A stretch of DNA of 52,992 nucleotides from Alistipes sp. GTDB lineage: Bacteria > Bacteroidota > Bacteroidia > Bacteroidales > Rikenellaceae. A program made the position numbers and the translations under genes. The notes beneath the pieces are model-generated. The model was not told where the DNA came from and made no database searches. It worked only from the letters and a program-made list of their open reading frames with translations. This document shows positions 10,400-20,354 of this stretch, piece by piece; the first letter of the stretch is position 1; the number at the start of each line of letters is the position of its first letter. The DNA lies in contig JBKSUH010000001.1 in assembly GCA_047233565.1 (NCBI GenBank), positions 1-52,992 on the forward strand, in the 5' to 3' direction.

Positions 10400-10798
10400 A
10401 TGACTGATCCTATTGCGGACTTTCTGACCAGAATTAGAAACGCAGTGAAAGCCAACCACAAGGTGGTTGAAGCTCCTGGCTCAAAAATTAAGCAGGAAAT
10501 CACTAAGATTCTTTACGAGCAGGGTTACATCCTCGCTTACAAATTCGACACCGACGAGAAAGGTCACCCGTCGATCAAAATCGCGCTCAAGTGGGACGCT
10601 GCCACCAAGGGCAACGCCATCAAAGACCTGAAGCGCGTGAGCCGTCCCGGTCTTCGCCAGTATGTCTCGGTGGGCGATATGCCCCGCGTGCTGAACGGCC
10701 TGGGCATCGCCGTGCTCTCGACTTCGAAAGGCATCATGACCGACGCCAAGGCCCGTAAGGAAAACGTGGGCGGCGAGGTGCTGTGCTACATCTACTAA
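10400..10798 (+). CDS. rpsH: 30S ribosomal protein S8
   Basis: MTDPIADFLTRIRNA, SRPGLRQY and GGEVLCYIY. Confidence 0.98.
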   Translation: MTDPIADFLTRIRNAVKANHKVVEAPGSKIKQEITKILYEQGYILAYKFDTDEKGHPSIKIALKWDAATKGNAIKDLKRVSRPGLRQYVSVGDMPRVLNGLGIAVLSTSKGIMTDAKARKENVGGEVLCYIY

Positions 10799-10822
10799 CG
10801 GAAATTTTTAAACGCAAGAACA

Positions 10823-11410
10823 ATGTCAAGAATTGGTAAATTACCTGTAAACCTGCCCGCCGGCGTTACCGTAGAGGTTTCGGCCGACAATGTGGTAAGC
10901 GTGAAAGGGCCACTCGGGACGCTGAGCCAGAAAGTTGACTCGGACATCAAGGTAGAGGTCGGCACGCACAAGGACGTTCACACGGGCAACGAGGCTCCCG
11001 CCGTGCTCGTATCGCGTCCTACCAACCAGCCCCGCCACCGTTCGCTGCACGGCCTGTACCGTGCGCTGATCAACAACATGGTCGTCGGCGTATCGAAGGG
11101 CTACGAAATCAAACAGGAACTCGTGGGCGTCGGTTTCAAAGCCGAAGTCAAGGGCCAGATCCTCGAAATGAGTCTCGGTTACTCGCACGACACGCATTTC
11201 ATGCTTCCCAAGGAGGTTACCGCTACGGCCGTGACGGAGAAGAAGGGCAACCCGATCGTAACGCTGAAGAGCATGGACAAGCAGCTCGTCGGCCAGGTCG
11301 CTGCCAAGATCCGTTCGCTGCGCAAGCCGGAGCCGTACAAGGGCAAGGGTATCAAGTTCGTCGGCGAACAGCTGCGTCGCAAGGCGGGTAAATCAGCAGG
11401 TGCTAAATAG
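10823..11410 (+). CDS. rplF: 50S ribosomal protein L6
   Basis: MSRIGKLPV and RKPEPYKGKGI. Confidence 0.98.
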   Translation: MSRIGKLPVNLPAGVTVEVSADNVVSVKGPLGTLSQKVDSDIKVEVGTHKDVHTGNEAPAVLVSRPTNQPRHRSLHGLYRALINNMVVGVSKGYEIKQELVGVGFKAEVKGQILEMSLGYSHDTHFMLPKEVTATAVTEKKGNPIVTLKSMDKQLVGQVAAKIRSLRKPEPYKGKGIKFVGEQLRRKAGKSAGAK

Positions 11411-11426
11411 TAAATAGTTTAGAGTT

Positions 11427-11789
11427 ATGTCACTGAACAAGATAGAAAGAAGAGAGAGGATCAAGATGCGTATCCGCAAGATCGTGAGTGGTACGCCCGA
11501 ACAGCCTCGCATGACTGTATATCGTAGCAACAAGCAGATCTACGTGCAGTTTATTGATGACCTCGCAGGTGTGACCCTGGCCACGGCATCCTCGCTGGAC
11601 AAGGAGGTGGCGGAAGCCGCCGCCGGCAAGAACAAGTGCGACGTGGCCGCCCTGGTGGGCAAACTGGCCGCCGAGCGTGCTGCCGCCAAAGGCATTTCGA
11701 CCGTAGCGTTCGACCGCAACGGCTACCTGTATCACGGAAGAGTTAAACAGCTGGCCGAAGCAGCACGCGAAGGCGGTCTTAAATTCTAA
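11427..11789 (+). CDS. rplR: 50S ribosomal protein L18
   Basis: RSNKQIYVQ and [13 protein letters not shown]. Confidence 0.98.
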   Translation: MSLNKIERRERIKMRIRKIVSGTPEQPRMTVYRSNKQIYVQFIDDLAGVTLATASSLDKEVAEAAAGKNKCDVAALVGKLAAERAAAKGISTVAFDRNGYLYHGRVKQLAEAAREGGLKF

Positions 11790-11795
11790 GCGATT

Positions 11796-12313
11796 ATGTC
11801 AAATACCAACATAAAGAAAGTACGCACCAGCGACCTCGAGCTTAAGGACAGACTCGTAAGCATTCAGCGTGTTACCAAGGTAACCAAGGGAGGTCGCACA
11901 TTCAGTTTCTCGGCCATTGTCGTCGTAGGTAATGAGGACGGTGTCGTGGGCTACGGCCTGGGCAAGGCTTCGGAGGTTCAGTCGGCCATCGCCAAGGGCG
12001 TGGAGGACGCAAAGAAGAACCTGGTGAAGATCCCCGTTATCAACGGTACGATTCCCCATAAGCAGGAGCTCCGTTACGGTGGTTCGCTCGTCATGATCCG
12101 CCCGGCCGCCCCCGGTACGGGTATCATCGCCGGCGGTGCCATGCGTGCCGTGCTGGAGTCGGTGGGCGTGAAGAACGTGCTTGCCAAGAGCAAGGGCTCT
12201 TCAAATCCCCACAACCTGGTGAAGGCGACCATCGGCGCACTGTGCGAGCTGCGCGATGCCCCAGCATCGCCCGCGTGCGCGGTATCTCGATGGACAAGGT
12301 GTTTAACGGTTAA
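11796..12313 (+). CDS. rpsE: 30S ribosomal protein S5 (frameshift near 12262)
   Basis: [10 protein letters not shown] and PGTGIIAGG; true end ...DKVFNG* at TAA 12311-12313. Confidence 0.96.
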
Positions 12314-12327
12314 TTCTCAAGAAGAAC

Positions 12328-12569
12328 ATGGCAAGATTGAAAATCACCAGGTCAAAAGCCGCATCGGCTCCACGGAGCGTCAGTGCAGAACCTTGACGCG
12401 CTGGGTCTGAAAAGGATCAACGCGAGCGTCGAGCACGACGACTCGGTGATCATAAAGGATGATTGGCGCGTGAAGCACCTCGTGAAGGTCGAGAAGTAGC
12501 CCCGCCAGAAGGCTGCCCCAAGGCCAAGAAAGCCGAGGTCAGGAGGAGGCTGCACAGGCCGCAGAATAA
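12328..12569 (+). CDS. rpmD: 50S ribosomal protein L30 with Ala/Lys/Glu-rich C-terminal extension (frameshifted, not in ORF track)
   Basis: [19 protein letters not shown] ... [10 protein letters not shown] ... RVKHLVKVE, reconstructed across deletions; lies between rpsE and rplO. Confidence 0.88.
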
Positions 12570-12594
12570 GTTTAACAGCTAACGGACTATAACA

Positions 12595-13038
12595 ATGGAA
12601 CTCAATAATCTCAAACCCGCAAAGGGTTCAACGCATCACGATAAACGGATCGGCCGCGGTGCAGGTTCGGGCCACGGCGGCACGGCCACCCGTGGACACA
12701 AGGGTGCACAGTCGCGTTCGGGTTACTCGCGCAAGCTCGGCTTCGAGGTGGCCAGATGCCGCTTCAGCGTCGCCTCCCAAGTTCGGTTTCACGAATCTGA
12801 AACGAGTTGAATTCAAGGCCATCAACCTCTCGACGCTCGAGGAGCTGGCAGCCAAGAAATCGCTCACGGAGGTTACGGTCGAACGCTCATCGCCGCAGGT
12901 TTCATCTCGTCGAACGACAAGGTGAAAATCCTCGGTAACGGTACGGTTACCAAGGCGCTGAGCGTGAAGGCTCACGCATTCTCGAAGAGCGCCGAGGCGG
13001 CCATCGTGGCAGCCGGCGGCAGCGTCGAAAAACTGTAA
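12595..13038 (+). CDS. rplO: 50S ribosomal protein L15 (frameshifted)
   Basis: [25 protein letters not shown] and VKILGNG; ends ...GGSVEKL*. Confidence 0.95.
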
Positions 13039-13059
13039 GAACCCTAGAAACCGAAAATT

Positions 13060-14436
13060 ATGAATCAGTATCTCGTTGTTGGTATCGTCTTTTTAGTGGT
13101 AATCGCTCTTTTGGCGACCAACAAGAAATTGGTTGAAACGCTCAAGAATATCTACAAGATCGAGGAGCTGCGCAAACGTGTGATCTACACGATCGGGCTG
13201 CTGCTGGTCTACCGCTTGGGTAGTTTCGTGGTGATTCCGGGTATCAACCCCAACGCCCTGGGCGAGGGGTCGGCGCTTGCCAGCCAGCTCGACGGCAACG
13301 GACTTCTGGGTCTGTTGAACGTCTTTTCCGGCGGTGCATTCGGCAATGCGGCCATCTTTGCACTCGGAGTCATGCCGTACATCACCGCCTCCATCATCAT
13401 CCAGCTCATGGGTATGATGATCCCGTATTTCCAGAAGATGCAGAAGGAAGGTGAAAGCGGCCGCCGCAAAATGAATCAGTGGACGCGCTTCCTTACCATC
13501 GGCGTGCTGATCCTCCAGGGCCCGGCGTACATCGCCAACCTGTACCATCAGGTGCCCTCTGCATTCGTTTACGGCAACTCGTTCGGCTTCGTAGCCTATG
13601 CGACGACGATCCTCATCGCCGGTACCATGTTCATTATGTGGCTCGGCGAGAAGATCACGGACAAGGGTATCGGCAACGGTATCTCGCTGATAATCATGAT
13701 CGGTATCGTGGCCCGTTTGCCCCACGCCCTGTTGGCCGAGGTCAACGCGCGTTTCCAGACCGCCAGCGGTAGCGCCATCATGCTTATCCTCGAGCTGGTG
13801 TTGCTGTTTCTGGTCTTCATGGCTACGATCGCCCTGGTACAGGCAGTCCGCAAGGTACCTGTACAGTATGCAAAGCGTATCGTCGGTAACAAACAGTACG
13901 GCGGTGTACGTCAGTACATCCCCCTGAAGATGAATGCTGCGAATGTGATGCCCATCATCTTCGCGCAGGCTCTGATGTTTATCCCGGCGCTGTTCTCCGG
14001 TACGGCCTTCGCAGCTGCTTTCAGCTCGATGACCGGTTTCTGGTACAACTTCACGCTTGCAGTGCTGGTAATCGCGTTCACCTACTTCTACACCGCGATT
14101 ATCATCAACCCCCAAATGATGGCCGATGACATGAAGCGAAACGGCGGCTTTATCCCGGGTGTGAAACCGGGTAAGCAGACCGTGAACTACATCGACACCA
14201 TCATGACGCGTATCACGCTCCCCGGCTCGTTCTTCCTGGCCATCGTGGCGATCCTGCCCGCGCTGGCAATGAAGTTCCTGGGCATCCAGCAGGCGTTCGC
14301 CTACTTCTACGGAGGTACGTCGCTGCTGATCATGGTCGGCGTGGTGCTCGACACTCTGAAGCAGATCGAGAGCTACCTGCTGATGCGTCATTACGATGGT
14401 CTGATGAAGACCGGACGTATCCAGGGTCGTCATTAG
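13060..14436 (+). CDS. secY: Preprotein translocase subunit SecY
   Basis: FALGVMPYITASIIIQL, GIGNGISLII, FIPGVKPG and GGTSLLIMVGV. Confidence 0.98.
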   Translation: MNQYLVVGIVFLVVIALLATNKKLVETLKNIYKIEELRKRVIYTIGLLLVYRLGSFVVIPGINPNALGEGSALASQLDGNGLLGLLNVFSGGAFGNAAIFALGVMPYITASIIIQLMGMMIPYFQKMQKEGESGRRKMNQWTRFLTIGVLILQGPAYIANLYHQVPSAFVYGNSFGFVAYATTILIAGTMFIMWLGEKITDKGIGNGISLIIMIGIVARLPHALLAEVNARFQTASGSAIMLILELVLLFLVFMATIALVQAVRKVPVQYAKRIVGNKQYGGVRQYIPLKMNAANVMPIIFAQALMFIPALFSGTAFAAAFSSMTGFWYNFTLAVLVIAFTYFYTAIIINPQMMADDMKRNGGFIPGVKPGKQTVNYIDTIMTRITLPGSFFLAIVAILPALAMKFLGIQQAFAYFYGGTSLLIMVGVVLDTLKQIESYLLMRHYDGLMKTGRIQGRH

Positions 14437-14468
14437 GAGTTTTTCCCGAAGAGTTCTTAACGAAGAGA

Positions 14469-15245
14469 ATGATCTATTTAAAGACAGACGAGGAGATAGA
14501 GCTGCTCCGCGAGAACAACATCCTGGTGTCGAAGACACTGGCGGAAGTGGGTCGCCACATCCGGCCGGGTGTCACCACCAAGTTTTTGGACTCGGTTGCC
14601 GAGGATTTTATCCGCGCACACGGAGCAGTTCCCGCCTTCCTCGGGTATCAGGGATTTCCCGCTTCGTTGTGTGTATCGGTAAACGAACAGGTAGTTCACG
14701 GTATCCCATCCTCGAAATGCGTCCTCAGAGAGGGCGACATCGTTTCGGTCGATTGCGGTACGTTTATGAAGGGGTTTGTTGGTGATTCGGCGTATACGTT
14801 CGCCGTTGGAGAGGTTGCCGGGGAAGTTAGGCAGCTGATGGAGGTCACCAAAGAGGCTCTTTATAAAGGTACGGCACAGGCTAAGGCCGGCAACCGCGTA
14901 GGCGACGTGTCGGCAGCCGTGCAAGAGTACGCCGAAAGTTTCGGCTACGGTGTGGTGCGGGAATTGGAAGGACATGGGTTGGGTCGGAAAATGCACGAAG
15001 ACCCCGGTGTCCCCAATTACGGAGCACGCGGCAGGGGGCCGCTCCTCAAGGAAGGAATGGTCATCTGTATCGAGCCCATGATAAATATGGGTACCAAAGC
15101 GGTGGTTTTTGAAAGGGATGGCTGGACAGTCCGCACGCGCGACCATAAACCCGCGGCGCACTACGAGTTCGCCGTTGCGGTTCGTAAGGACGGGCCCGAC
15201 GTGCTGACGGACTTTAGTATCATCGAACAGGCAATAAACAAGTAA
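14469..15245 (+). CDS. map: Methionine aminopeptidase type I
   Basis: SVNEQVVHGIP, DCG...GDSAYT, GHGLG..MHEDP and IEPMIN. Confidence 0.97.
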   Translation: MIYLKTDEEIELLRENNILVSKTLAEVGRHIRPGVTTKFLDSVAEDFIRAHGAVPAFLGYQGFPASLCVSVNEQVVHGIPSSKCVLREGDIVSVDCGTFMKGFVGDSAYTFAVGEVAGEVRQLMEVTKEALYKGTAQAKAGNRVGDVSAAVQEYAESFGYGVVRELEGHGLGRKMHEDPGVPNYGARGRGPLLKEGMVICIEPMINMGTKAVVFERDGWTVRTRDHKPAAHYEFAVAVRKDGPDVLTDFSIIEQAINK

Positions 15246-15251
15246 GACTCT

Positions 15252-15469
15252 ATGGCAAAACAGGCTGCTATTGAAAGGGACGGTACGATTATCGAAGCCT
15301 TGTCCAACGCGATGTTCCGCGTCGAGCTGGACAACGGCCACGTGCTCACCGCCCACATCTCGGGGAAGATGCGTATGCACTACATCAAGATCCTCCCGGA
15401 GATAAAGTTAAAGTGGAGATGACGCCCTACGATTTGACGAAGGGACGTATATCTTTCCGGTACAAATAA
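15252..15469 (+). CDS. infA: Translation initiation factor IF-1 (1-nt deletion near 15400)
   Basis: [48 protein letters not shown] ... [16 protein letters not shown]. Confidence 0.95.
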
Positions 15470-15489
15470 CATTAGATTGCTTGAAAATC

Positions 15490-15606
15490 ATGAAAGTAAA
15501 AGCATCCATCAAGAAAAGAAGCGAGGATTGCAAGATTGTGAAGCGTAAGGGGAAACTCTACGTCATTTGCAAGAAGAATCCCAAGTTTAAAATGCGCCAA
15601 GGGTAA
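15490..15606 (+). CDS. rpmJ: 50S ribosomal protein L36
   Basis: [38 protein letters not shown] (38 aa, below ORF-track cutoff). Confidence 0.96.
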   Translation: MKVKASIKKRSEDCKIVKRKGKLYVICKKNPKFKMRQG

Positions 15607-15643
15607 TGTTTAAACGGTTTAGTAAAAAAGAAAAAGATTTTAT

Positions 15644-16024
15644 ATGGCACGTATAGTCGGTGTAGATTTACCAAAAAATAAAAGGGGCGAGATCGGCCTG
15701 ACCTATATCTACGGTATCGGTCGTTCGACGGCCCGCAAGATTCTCGAGGTCGCTGGCATCAGCTACGACCTCAAAGTCCAGGATTGGTCGGACGACCAGG
15801 TCGGTGCGATCCGTTCGACGATCGCTGACCTGGGTATCAAAGTCGAGGGCGAATGCCGTTCGGCCGTCCAGCTCAACATCAAGCGCCTGATGGATATCGG
15901 CTGCTACCGCGGCATCCGTCACCGCCTGGGTCTTCCCGTTCGCGGTCAGTCGACCAAGAACAACGCACGTACCCGTAAGGGCCGCAAGAAGACTGTCGCA
16001 AACAAGAAAAAGGCAACAAAGTAA
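15644..16024 (+). CDS. rpsM: 30S ribosomal protein S13
   Basis: LTYIYGIG and [26 protein letters not shown]. Confidence 0.98.
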   Translation: MARIVGVDLPKNKRGEIGLTYIYGIGRSTARKILEVAGISYDLKVQDWSDDQVGAIRSTIADLGIKVEGECRSAVQLNIKRLMDIGCYRGIRHRLGLPVRGQSTKNNARTRKGRKKTVANKKKATK

Positions 16025-16037
16025 TCTTTAGAGAATT

Positions 16038-16427
16038 ATGGCAAAGAAAACTGGAACAGTTAAGAAAAAGGTTGTTAAGGTCGGTGCCGTTGGCAATGCC
16101 TACGTTCACTCCACTTTCAACAACGTAATCATCACTATCACCAACGAGGTGGGTGACGTCATCAGCTGGTCGTCGGCCGGTAAGATGGGTTTCCGTGGTT
16201 CGAAGAAGAATACTCCGTATGCAGCACAGACCGCTTCGGCCGACTGCGCAAAGGTCGCTTACGACATGGGCCTGCGCAAGGTGAAAGTGTATGTCCAGGG
16301 CCCGGGCGCCGGACGTGAGTCGGCCGTGCGCACCATCCACGGCGCCGGTATCGAGGTGATGGAGATCATCGACGTTACGCCGCTGCCGCATAACGGTTGC
16401 CGTGCTCCTAACCGCCGCCGCGTATAA
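16038..16427 (+). CDS. rpsK: 30S ribosomal protein S11
   Basis: [14 protein letters not shown] and [11 protein letters not shown]. Confidence 0.98.
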   Translation: MAKKTGTVKKKVVKVGAVGNAYVHSTFNNVIITITNEVGDVISWSSAGKMGFRGSKKNTPYAAQTASADCAKVAYDMGLRKVKVYVQGPGAGRESAVRTIHGAGIEVMEIIDVTPLPHNGCRAPNRRRV

Positions 16428-16476
16428 TTTGCGTCGTGGTAAGGAATATTTCTAAGGTTTTAAAAAAGTCAAAACA

Positions 16477-17084
16477 ATGGGAAAATACATAGGACCAAAA
16501 TCGAAGATCGCCAGAAAGTTCGGCGAAGCTATTTACGGGGCGGACAAGGTGCTTGAGAAACGCAACTTTCCTCCCGGACAGCACGGTCTGGCGCGCAAGC
16601 GCAAGAAGGTGTCGGAGTACGGCACGCAGTTGAGCGAGAAGCAGAAGGCAAAGTATACGTACGGCCTGCTCGAAAAGCAGTTCGCACGCACCTACGACCA
16701 GGCTGCGCGTATGGGCGGTATCACGGGCGAGAACCTGCTGAAGCTGCTCGAATGCCGCCTGGACAATGTTGTTTACCGCTTGGGTATCGCCCCGACGCGT
16801 GCAGCTGCCCGCCAGCTCGTTTCGCACTGCCACATCTGCGTGAATGGCAGCGTCGTGAACATCCCCTCGTACTCGCTGCGTGCGGGTGACGTGGTGTCCG
16901 TTCGCGAGAAGTCGAAGAGCCTGGAAGTGATCTCGGCATCTCTGGCCGGCGGTTCGAAGAGCCGCTACGCTTGGCTGAGTGGGATAACGCCTCGATGAGC
17001 GGCAAGTTCCTGCAGAAGCCTGAGCGCGAGGAGATCCCTGAAAACATCAAGGAGCAGCTCATCGTCGAGTTGTACTCGAAGTAG
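16477..17084 (+). CDS. rpsD: 30S ribosomal protein S4 (frameshift near 16985)
   Basis: PGQHG and [13 protein letters not shown]; ends [10 protein letters not shown] (TAG 17082-17084). Confidence 0.96.
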
Positions 17085-17108
17085 TAATCAAACAAATTCA
17101 AATATATT

Positions 17109-18099
17109 ATGGCAATATTAGCATTCCAGAAACCTGAAAAGGTTATTATGCTTGAATCCACTTCATCGTTCGGAAAGTTCGAGTTCCGGCCGCTGGAGCC
17201 CGATTCGGTATGACTGTCGGTAACGCTTTGCGTCGTATTCTGCTCTCTTCGCTGGAGGGTTACGCAATCACGACTGTCAAGGTAGCCGGTGTCGACCACG
17301 AGTTTGCCGCTATCCCCGGCGTGATGGAGGATATGTTGAAAATCATCCTCAATCTGAAGCAGGTTCGTTTTATCCGCACAGTCGATAATCAGGATGCCGA
17401 GAAGGTTTCCATTAACGTTGCGGGTGTGACGGAGCTGACTGCCGGATATATTTCAAATTACCTTTCGTTCTTCAAGGTGTTGAACCCCGATCTGGTGATC
17501 TGCCACCTCGCGCCCGGCACGAAGCTGCAGATGACCCTCACGATCGGTAAGGGGCGCGGTTACGTTTCGGCAGAGGAGAATACCCCCGCCGAGTGCGAGT
17601 TCGGCACCCTTCCGATCGACTCGATCTTCACGCCGATCAAGAACGTAAAGTATTCCATCGACAACTACCGTGTCGAGCAGAAGACCGACTACGAGAAGTT
17701 GAACCTGGAGATTACTACCGACGGGTCGATTCACCCCAAAGAGGCTCTGAAAGAGGCTGCAAAGATCCTTATCCAGCACTTCATGCTCTTCTCCGACGAG
17801 AAGATCACCGTCAACATGGAGGATACCAACGGTACCGAAGAGTTCGATGAGGATGTACTCCACATGCGCCAGCTGCTGAAGACCAAGCTTTCGGATCAGG
17901 ATCTGAGCGTCCGTGCCCTGAACTGTCTGAAAGCCGCCGACGTGGACACCGTGGGGGACCTCGTGAAGCTCAACCGCAACGACCTGCTGAAGTTCCGCAA
18001 CTTCGGCAAGAAGTCTTTGACGGGCTTGACGAGCTGCTGACCTCGCTCAACCTTAAGTTCGGTATGGACGTATCAATCTACAAACTTGACAAAGATTAA
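17109..18099 (+). CDS. rpoA: RNA polymerase subunit alpha (frameshifts near 17200 and 18025)
   Basis: [32 protein letters not shown] and FRNFGKKSL. Confidence 0.96.
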
Positions 18100-18101
18100 T
18101 T

Positions 18102-18701
18102 ATGAGACACAATAAGAATTTTAACCACCTTGGCCGTCAGGCGGGACACCGTAAAGCGTTGATGTCGAATATGGCTTGTCGCTCATCCTGCACAAGCGTA
18201 TCGAGACCACCGTTGCCAAAGCCAAGGCCGTTCGCCAGTTCATCGAACCGCTGGTGACCAAGTCGAAGGACGACACGACGCACTCGCGCCGTATCGTTTT
18301 CTCGTACCTCAAGCAGAAAGAGGCCGTAACCGAGTTGTTCCGCACCATCGCGCCGAAGATCGCCGATCGTCGGGCGGTTACACCCGCATCCTGAAGACCG
18401 GTTTCCGTCTGGGCGACGCTGCCGACATGTGCATCATCGAGTTCGTCGATTTCAACGACGCTACACGCTGGGCATCGCTCCCGCAGCCGCTGCCGAGGCT
18501 AAACCCAAGACGCGCCGTTCGCGCAAACCCGCAGCGAAGAAGACCGACGCTGTCGAGGAGGCTACCGTTGTCGAGGGCGAAGCCAGAAAGCCGCACCAAG
18601 AAGGCCGCTGCTCCGAAGGCTGCGAAACCGGCTGCTCCCAAAGCGGCCAAGGTTGCCGCCCGAAGGTTGCCAAGAAGACCAACGTGGGCAAGAAAATGTA
18701 G
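18102..18701 (+). CDS. rplQ: 50S ribosomal protein L17 with long Ala/Lys-rich tail (several frameshifts)
   Basis: [29 protein letters not shown] and [16 protein letters not shown]; tail ends KKTNVGKKM*. Confidence 0.93.
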
Positions 18702-18717
18702 TTTTCCGTTTAATCGG

Positions 18718-18770
18718 AAAACGATCGAAAATCCGGATACCCCGATGGGTGTCCGGATTTTGTCGTTTGT
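18718..18770 (+). terminator. Intrinsic terminator ending the ribosomal operon
   Basis: AAAATCCGGATACCC-CGAT-GGGTGTCCGGATTTT, extended by AAACGA/TCGTTT. Confidence 0.8.
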
Positions 18771-19073
18771 GCGGTGAATCTGTCGTTTGTGCGGGTGAAT
18801 CTGTCGTTTGTGCGGGTGAATCTGTCGTTTGTGCGGGTGAATCTGTCGTTTGTGCGGGTGAATCTGTCGTTTGTGCGGGTGAATCTGTCGTTTGTGCGGG
18901 TGAATCTGTCGTTTGTGCGGGTGAATCTGTCGTTTGTGCGGGTGAATCTGTCGTTTGTGCGGGTGAATCTGTCGTTTGTGCGGGTGAATCTGTCGTTTGT
19001 GCGGGTGAATCTGTCGTTTATGCGAAGGATTTGTCGTTTGTGTGAAAGGATTTGTCGTTCGGCGGAAAGATTC
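18761..19073. repeat. 21-bp tandem repeat TGTCGTTTGTGCGGGTGAATC
   Basis: One 20-nt copy (18761-18780), 11 perfect copies (18781-19011), then 3 decaying copies; no spacers. Confidence 0.97.
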
Positions 19074-19210
19074 GTTGTCGTGCGGGAGGAGTGCGGCGGA
19101 TGGTTTGTCCGTTACTCCTGCCGGCGGGCGGAAACTTTGCCGGTTCGGAGACATTCCCTTGTCCCTTGTCCCTTGTCCGTCCTGTCGTCCGTCGTCCGGC
19201 TGCCGGGGAC

Positions 19211-20279
19211 CTATTGGCGGTTCAGCCTATGGGTGAAGGCCGGATAGACGAGGCCGTGTAATTCGCTTTGGCGGATTCGATCGTGGCCGTCGTACCGTCG
19301 TAGGTGTCCGTGAAGGAGACTTCGTAGAGGAAACAGCCGCGGTAACGGTTGTTTTCAGCAGTTCGTAATAGAACTCTCCCAGTCGATCAGTCCTCCGTCG
19401 TAGGCTGCAGGTGCTTGTCCAGCGTGCCGGATTGCCCTTCGGCGCCGCGATTCTGCTGGATGTGCAGCGTGCCGAGGCGCGTACGAGCTGGAGTATGGCG
19501 ACGGCGTCGCCGTTTCTGGTCGGATTGATATACGACCCGTTCAGCGGAATCAGGGCGTGGCCCGTATCGAGGCAGACGCGCACCTGCTCCAGCTCCTCGC
19601 CGCTGAGCAGGGCGAGCGTCGTTTCGGCATCGTAAGCGACGCTCCGGGGACAGTTTCACGCAGAGAATCGTGCTCAGGCCGTACGTCGAATTGCAGGAAG
19701 CGATGTGGGTCTGCAATTCCCGGAGCGATTTCCGGCTCTGGGCCTTGCGTGCCGCGAAGTCGCTTCCGGTGGTGAGTATCGTGCCGGTCGAGGGTGGATT
19801 ACGAAATGCTTGGGCGACATGTGTTTCATGGCGCTGTTTATCACGGTTCTGAGTTTTGCTACGGCCGTCGTGCGGGCCGCTTCGTCGGTCGCCGAAATGT
19901 CGTATGTCCGGTAGGGCAGATGGATGCCCAAAGGCTTGCTGCGGCGGAGCCGATTGCCGCTCCCGCCTCGGAAAACAGTGCGTCGAGTTTCGCGTCGGTC
20001 ATTCCTTCGGCGAAGACGGTGGCGTCCTCGCCATGATGTCGATGCACATGCTGGCGCCGCGGCGCGTTTGCAGTTGGTCGTGTTGACCTGTTTGAGCGTA
20101 ATCAGTTTGCCCGGTTTGAGCTGCAGCGGGAGATGTCGTCGTTCGGGGCGCCCAACGCCGTCGTCGGTTCGACGACCGTGATGCTGCCGTTGCCTCGCCC
20201 GCTCCGGCTCCTTGTCGTCGGAGCCTCCGCAGTTGCAGAGGAGCGCGACGGCCAGCAGCGGAAGTATCCGCGTTTTCAT
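19211..20279 (-). CDS. Lipoprotein with sugar-phosphate isomerase/epimerase (xylose-isomerase-like / AP-endonuclease-2 TIM barrel) domain; frameshifted
   Basis: Signal MKTRILPLLAVALLCNCGGSDDKE; fragments HLPY..YDIS, FVIHP, VCLDTGHA, LGTLHI and FLYEV; 3' end approximate. Confidence 0.7.
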
Positions 20280-20354
20280 TTTGCAGGAGGTTGATTGTAA
20301 CGATCGGCGGGCGGGGATTGTCCTCCGCCCGCCGGATCGTGTGAAAGTGTTCGT

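Noticed and set aside
716..18701. Programmed frameshifting or pseudogenisation of translation genes
   Set aside because: Too many essential genes are affected, and the breaks are short deletions typical of long-read error
18761..19073. CRISPR array
   Set aside because: Units are directly abutting 21-mers with no unique spacers, and there are no cas genes in the window
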